DNA from: a virus | Taxonomy: Duplodnaviria; Caudoviricetes | Virus record (IMG/VR): IMGVR_UViG_3300037067_007848 | Span: 32,001 to 96,000 of that record | Length of the DNA: 64,000 bases | Direction: 5' to 3' (one strand) | Part shown: positions 60,136-64,000 of the stretch, piece after piece | Numbering within the stretch: position 1 is the first letter of the stretch | How the letters are laid out: every line of letters starts with the position of its first letter | Notes under the pieces: model-generated | Told to the model about the DNA's origin: nothing | What the model saw: only the letters and a program-made list of their open reading frames with translations | Databases searched by the model: none | Translations under genes and position numbers: made by a program

Positions 60136-61092
60136 CTAAATCTTATCAAAAACCAATTCAAGTGTCGTCAAAACCATTCCGTCATATAAATTGCGATATT
60201 GCATATTACTTTCAATACTACGACATTTGGTAAATCTACATAATCTATCTCGATATCCAGTTTCGGACACCAAATCGGAATATAATAAATTGTTTATTTT
60301 TTCACCTCGATAATTAATAGGAAAAACTTTATCTGTTTTAATTTTATTTTCATCGAACAAATAAATAGACCTGTCATTTTGGAGTAAAAACACACTCATT
60401 AAATCGTTTCGCACCCGCCGTTTTTCTGACAAAACATGGAATAATACATCCTGTTGTAAAACCAACGACCCATTCCCCATTTCATATGGATACGAACCAG
60501 CCCTGGGAATAACCTGTAAAATTATCGCTGGAAGTTGTATTCTATTAAACGATCCGATGGACCAATTCCCAGTTCGCGGGTCTTGTGTAAACTGGGTATT
60601 TGTTGAATCTTGCGTATTATATTGTAATTCTTGGAGCCAGGGGGCTTCGTCGGCAATGTAGGTTTGGACATTTCTATAACTATAATTTATATATACATTG
60701 CTAGAGGTGGAAATTGGTGTATTGAAAATAACGCGACCTTGTGGATAATCCACGTAATATCCGCCCGTAATACTAATTCCGCTCACCGTGACCGAATTAA
60801 TTGCAATTGGATAGTTCCCGCTAAAGGACACCCCAGTTTCCCATGCCCAATCTTTTCTTATTCCTTGCCAAACCTGCCCATTTGTATAGGACTGCTCATT
60901 CACCCAAGATAATTTACCTGGATTACCAACTGGGGATGATAAATATCCAGTCCAATTTACGTTGGTCCACGCCCCGATTTGTAAAAACGCATTATCAAGG
61001 AAATATTTCAAATTATTTTCTATAGACGTGGCAATCTGCACATCATTGTAATTATATACGCCTTTAAAATGAGTATAATCTAAATTACACAC
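60136..61092 (-). CDS. Putative tail terminator / neck protein
   Basis: VDYPQGRVIF, QLPAIILQV, QDVLFHV; position upstream of the tail tube. Confidence 0.55.
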   Translation of the reverse strand: MCNLDYTHFKGVYNYNDVQIATSIENNLKYFLDNAFLQIGAWTNVNWTGYLSSPVGNPGKLSWVNEQSYTNGQVWQGIRKDWAWETGVSFSGNYPIAINSVTVSGISITGGYYVDYPQGRVIFNTPISTSSNVYINYSYRNVQTYIADEAPWLQELQYNTQDSTNTQFTQDPRTGNWSIGSFNRIQLPAIILQVIPRAGSYPYEMGNGSLVLQQDVLFHVLSEKRRVRNDLMSVFLLQNDRSIYLFDENKIKTDKVFPINYRGEKINNLLYSDLVSETGYRDRLCRFTKCRSIESNMQYRNLYDGMVLTTLELVFDKI

Positions 61093-61759
61093 TTAATGAA
61101 CTTTCTATAATGGTTTTTATGGCCGCGTCATCATTAATAATACTTTCGAGTAATTTTGTTATTTCGTTGTCGTCTTCCGTCCCCGAAAATTGTGAAACAT
61201 GCCAATTTGCCCCAGTTTGCTTTCTCATAATGGCTATTTTACTTCTTCCCCGTGAACTGGCCATAACTTTATACCCAAGTATAATTGGTTGGTCTCCACG
61301 TTTTAATAACCATTCTAGCCATGGTAAATCTTCCCCATTATCTGTAATTACGTGTGAGGCGGCATCTGCACAAACTGCCGCCCAATCAGTATCAAGCATT
61401 TTAATATAAAATATACCGCGAATATCTTTACTCGTTTTTTTTACCTGTGCCGTACAAACAATTTGAGACATCCATATATCGGCAATACATTTTAATCTCG
61501 AATAATAATCGTTAAATGGAAGGCCAACCTCGCCCATTAACCATTGATTTTGTAGTGCGTCCCATAATTCACTATTAAATAATCGCCCATTAAATAAAGC
61601 CTGGATTTTACCCTCAATAATTGGGGCGGCTGCATATATAACTGTACTAAAATATGCGAATAATTCGTCTAAAATTGCATTTCTAATTTGATTTTCTAAA
61701 AACTTTGGATTGTCTTTACACTTAATTTTTAATTTAATCAACTGCCAACCCTTTCCCAA
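61085..61759 (-). CDS. Putative tail completion/neck protein
   Basis: LPWLEWLL, GRSKIAIM, FSGTEDDN; synteny; true start may be TTG at 61741. Confidence 0.5.
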   Translation of the reverse strand: MGKGWQLIKLKIKCKDNPKFLENQIRNAILDELFAYFSTVIYAAAPIIEGKIQALFNGRLFNSELWDALQNQWLMGEVGLPFNDYYSRLKCIADIWMSQIVCTAQVKKTSKDIRGIFYIKMLDTDWAAVCADAASHVITDNGEDLPWLEWLLKRGDQPIILGYKVMASSRGRSKIAIMRKQTGANWHVSQFSGTEDDNEITKLLESIINDDAAIKTIIESSLSV

Positions 61760-62274
61760 TTACACACACAATATCCCTGTTGGCCTAATCCAATGGTAAA
61801 AGGCTCAATAGTTCGTTCAAATATATGTTTTGTATAATTATCCAGGTGGGTAGATAGCCATATTTGTTTTGCCCGACGAATATCAGTAATAGTGGCCTGT
61901 TTAGTTAATGTTTGGGCAACTCCAAAAGGAACTAATATTTTATTAGACGCCTGCCCAGCAAAACCAACCCAATCTTTATAATTCCATACGACCAATGGAT
62001 AAATTATTGAATTTTCGTCAACAGTAATTAGCCCAATTCCATGACAATATGGACAATTTCCATTGGTAAAAGCAATAGGTCCGCCAGTTTTATATATACC
62101 AGCCGATGTTTTTCCAACACTATCATATTCACAATTTGGGCAAACTGTTGTGTTTGTGTCGTCAAAAATAAGTTGACATGGCAATGTTAATGCAGTCGTT
62201 TCTAACAATGCGTCAATAGCATCATTAAAAACACTATGAAAACCCGCATTAATAATACCGTCAAACATACCCAT
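61738..62274 (-). CDS. Putative head-closure protein with zinc finger
   Basis: CPNC...CPYCHG; synteny. Confidence 0.55.
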   Translation of the reverse strand: MGMFDGIINAGFHSVFNDAIDALLETTALTLPCQLIFDDTNTTVCPNCEYDSVGKTSAGIYKTGGPIAFTNGNCPYCHGIGLITVDENSIIYPLVVWNYKDWVGFAGQASNKILVPFGVAQTLTKQATITDIRRAKQIWLSTHLDNYTKHIFERTIEPFTIGLGQQGYCVCNWERVGS

Positions 62275-62279
62275 ATTTA

Positions 62280-62492
62280 TTATCCGTAATAAGTAGGATC
62301 GTCAAAACGGTCAATGTATTTACCACTAATTCCAGCACTACCTGTAATTTCTGGGGTATGAATAACATTTGACGAATTAATATAAAAACCGTCTCCAGCG
62401 TTCAAATAACTTACAATTGATCCAGGAAAAACACTTAAATTACAATTATTTACCTGATTCCCCGAAATCGCGGGAAAAATATCTTCTGCCAT
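62280..62492 (-). CDS. Small hypothetical protein
   Basis: 70 aa with GAGG SD. Confidence 0.6.
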   Translation of the reverse strand: MAEDIFPAISGNQVNNCNLSVFPGSIVSYLNAGDGFYINSSNVIHTPEITGSAGISGKYIDRFDDPTYYG

Positions 62493-62514
62493 ATTAACCT
62501 CTTTGGATTATCAC

Positions 62515-63033
62515 CTATAAAATATAATTATTTCTACTTTCAAAAGATTCATAATGATTTAGTGTTTGTGGATCAAAATTATTACCAATAAATGGACTCA
62601 TAACAGCCTTGCATAATAGTCCGCCACCATAAATATAATCCTGCCTCATAGTTTGGTATGACGCACATGGGCCGACTTCCAATAAATCTTTGAAAGCCTT
62701 ATTTCTATTTAATACTGAAAGAGTGGCTGGCCCGCACCGTGCCGTTACACCTTCCATTAACGCCTGTGTTCTAAATGTAGAAAAATCGCACACACAAGCC
62801 GACCTCATAACTACAAAATTTGTAAATATTTCATCGGCACTTGGGTCGGGACTAATAGTTTTATTTATAATATCAATTGTATAAGTGGTTGAAAATTGAA
62901 TATCTTGTTTGGTGTACATTGCCCCCACCATTAAAATATCCGTCAATCTACAATCGCTATAGGTATAGGCAGCCGAATTAGAATCGTTAATAATAACTCG
63001 TAAAATAGCAATTGCACTATCAATCCATGCCAT
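62515..63033 (-). CDS. Putative head-tail adaptor
   Basis: LRVIIND...YTYSD.RL N-terminus typical of adaptors; synteny. Confidence 0.6.
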   Translation of the reverse strand: MAWIDSAIAILRVIINDSNSAAYTYSDCRLTDILMVGAMYTKQDIQFSTTYTIDIINKTISPDPSADEIFTNFVVMRSACVCDFSTFRTQALMEGVTARCGPATLSVLNRNKAFKDLLEVGPCASYQTMRQDYIYGGGLLCKAVMSPFIGNNFDPQTLNHYESFESRNNYIL

Positions 63034-63050
63034 TTATTTTACCACCTTTA

Positions 63051-63839
63051 TTAAATTGAATTACCAGATACAGACATGGTATAGGTAGACTTACTTGGTA
63101 CAACACCCGCCCCAAGAGTCAATTTTAGCCAAACTCCGACGGCCCCACTTGGGCGTAAATCTGTATCTTGTAATAATGTTTTGGCAACACTATCAAAAGT
63201 TCCAACCTGAACGCCAGTTGCGGATGGGGCAGTTAGCCTATTTGTCGATGTATTTGAACCATAACTAGCATTATCTGTACAATATTTCTCTAGGTCAAAA
63301 TCAATACTTCCTGCAATACCGCCAGACACCTCGGAAATAGTTGTCCCGAGCAAGGCATATGTCTCATTATTATTTTTAACAAATATTTTTTCATAGAAAT
63401 ATCTTACACTGCCACCTTCAATATCAGAGGCGACATTATAAAAAGGTCTACGAATTTGCGATATTCCACTTACCATAGTGGCAATTATTGAAGAATTTTG
63501 ATCTTGAATAGTAATGGTTCCACTATGTCCTGGTCTTTGAATTATTTTCATAATTCTTTCAAAACTGGTCGTCCCACTACTAATCACATTACCACTTACC
63601 GTAATTGTCCCACTAACAATACTACCAGCCGTATTTCGCCCATATATATCAACATAAACGCCTGTATCAGTTGTTAAAGAAGATACAACTCCAACAGGCC
63701 CCGCTGGGGCATTGGCCAAAGTTGAACTATCAAATACAACACGGGTGTTAATATCAATCCCACTTCCTTGTACAGTGGTGTCATCCTCTGCCATATAATT
63801 TGATCCGTAAAATATTAAATCGCCTGAAGCTACTGACAT
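63051..63839 (-). CDS. Virion structural protein (Ser/Gly/Thr-rich)
   Basis: EKIFVKN, GVWLKLT; GGAG SD. Confidence 0.65.
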   Translation of the reverse strand: MSVASGDLIFYGSNYMAEDDTTVQGSGIDINTRVVFDSSTLANAPAGPVGVVSSLTTDTGVYVDIYGRNTAGSIVSGTITVSGNVISSGTTSFERIMKIIQRPGHSGTITIQDQNSSIIATMVSGISQIRRPFYNVASDIEGGSVRYFYEKIFVKNNNETYALLGTTISEVSGGIAGSIDFDLEKYCTDNASYGSNTSTNRLTAPSATGVQVGTFDSVAKTLLQDTDLRPSGAVGVWLKLTLGAGVVPSKSTYTMSVSGNSI

Positions 63840-63851
63840 ATTTATTCTCCG

Positions 63852-64000
63852 TTATGAAGTTTGTATTTGTGGAATTAATGGCGTTAATGTAATTTTAGAA
63901 CCAGATGATATCGTTGAAGTATTTGTACCGTTATACATAATAATTCGCCCATATTGGCACACTGGCCTAATAACAAATGATTGCCTTTGTGTTTCATACC
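63852..64000 (-). CDS. Partial CDS (C-terminal end)
   Basis: Open frame ...YGRIIMYNGT...TLTPLIPQIQTS* running off the window edge. Confidence 0.6.
   Translation of the reverse strand, partial: YETQRQSFVIRPVCQYGRIIMYNGTNTSTISSGSKITLTPLIPQIQTS

Noticed and set aside
1-64000. Stop-codon reassignment (alternative genetic code)
   Set aside because: Coding density is high under code 11, and TAG, TGA and TAA all terminate genes at sensible positions; the two broken genes are explained by frameshifts.
31316-64000. Diversity-generating retroelement or invertible tail-fibre cassette
   Set aside because: No reverse transcriptase, recombinase or TR/VR repeat pair was seen in the window.
1-64000. tRNA/rRNA genes
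   Set aside because: Intergenic gaps are short and none shows a cloverleaf or T-loop GTTCRA context.

Overview
This is an AT-rich 64-kb segment of a large tailed dsDNA bacteriophage genome, with two convergent arms meeting at about 31.31 kb. The + arm (1-31306) carries replication and nucleotide functions: DnaB helicase, DnaG primase, dNMP kinase, a PD-(D/E)XK exonuclease, DnaQ-like exonuclease, a sigma factor, three orphan DNA methyltransferases, a Rad52/Sak-like annealing protein and a cluster of about nine glycosyltransferase/sugar-nucleotide genes. It also has a DNA polymerase III alpha (DnaE) broken into three genes. The middle DnaE piece contains a 127-aa cis mini-intein plus the N-half of a closely related split intein. 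The C-half of that intein starts the third piece, with a free-standing LAGLIDADG endonuclease between the halves. The - arm (31316-64000) is the virion module: neck/head-tail proteins, two paralogous tail-tube-like genes, LamG adhesins (one apparently split by an inserted cassette), putative tail chaperones, tape measure and tail-tip proteins. The most unexplained signal is at 3736-5885: a perfect sigma70 promoter, then three tandem bulged hairpins with compensatory stem changes (likely small ncRNAs), then a 638-aa helical/TerD-like protein, suggesting an undescribed RNA-protein system. All functional calls come from motif recognition by eye; no database searches were run.
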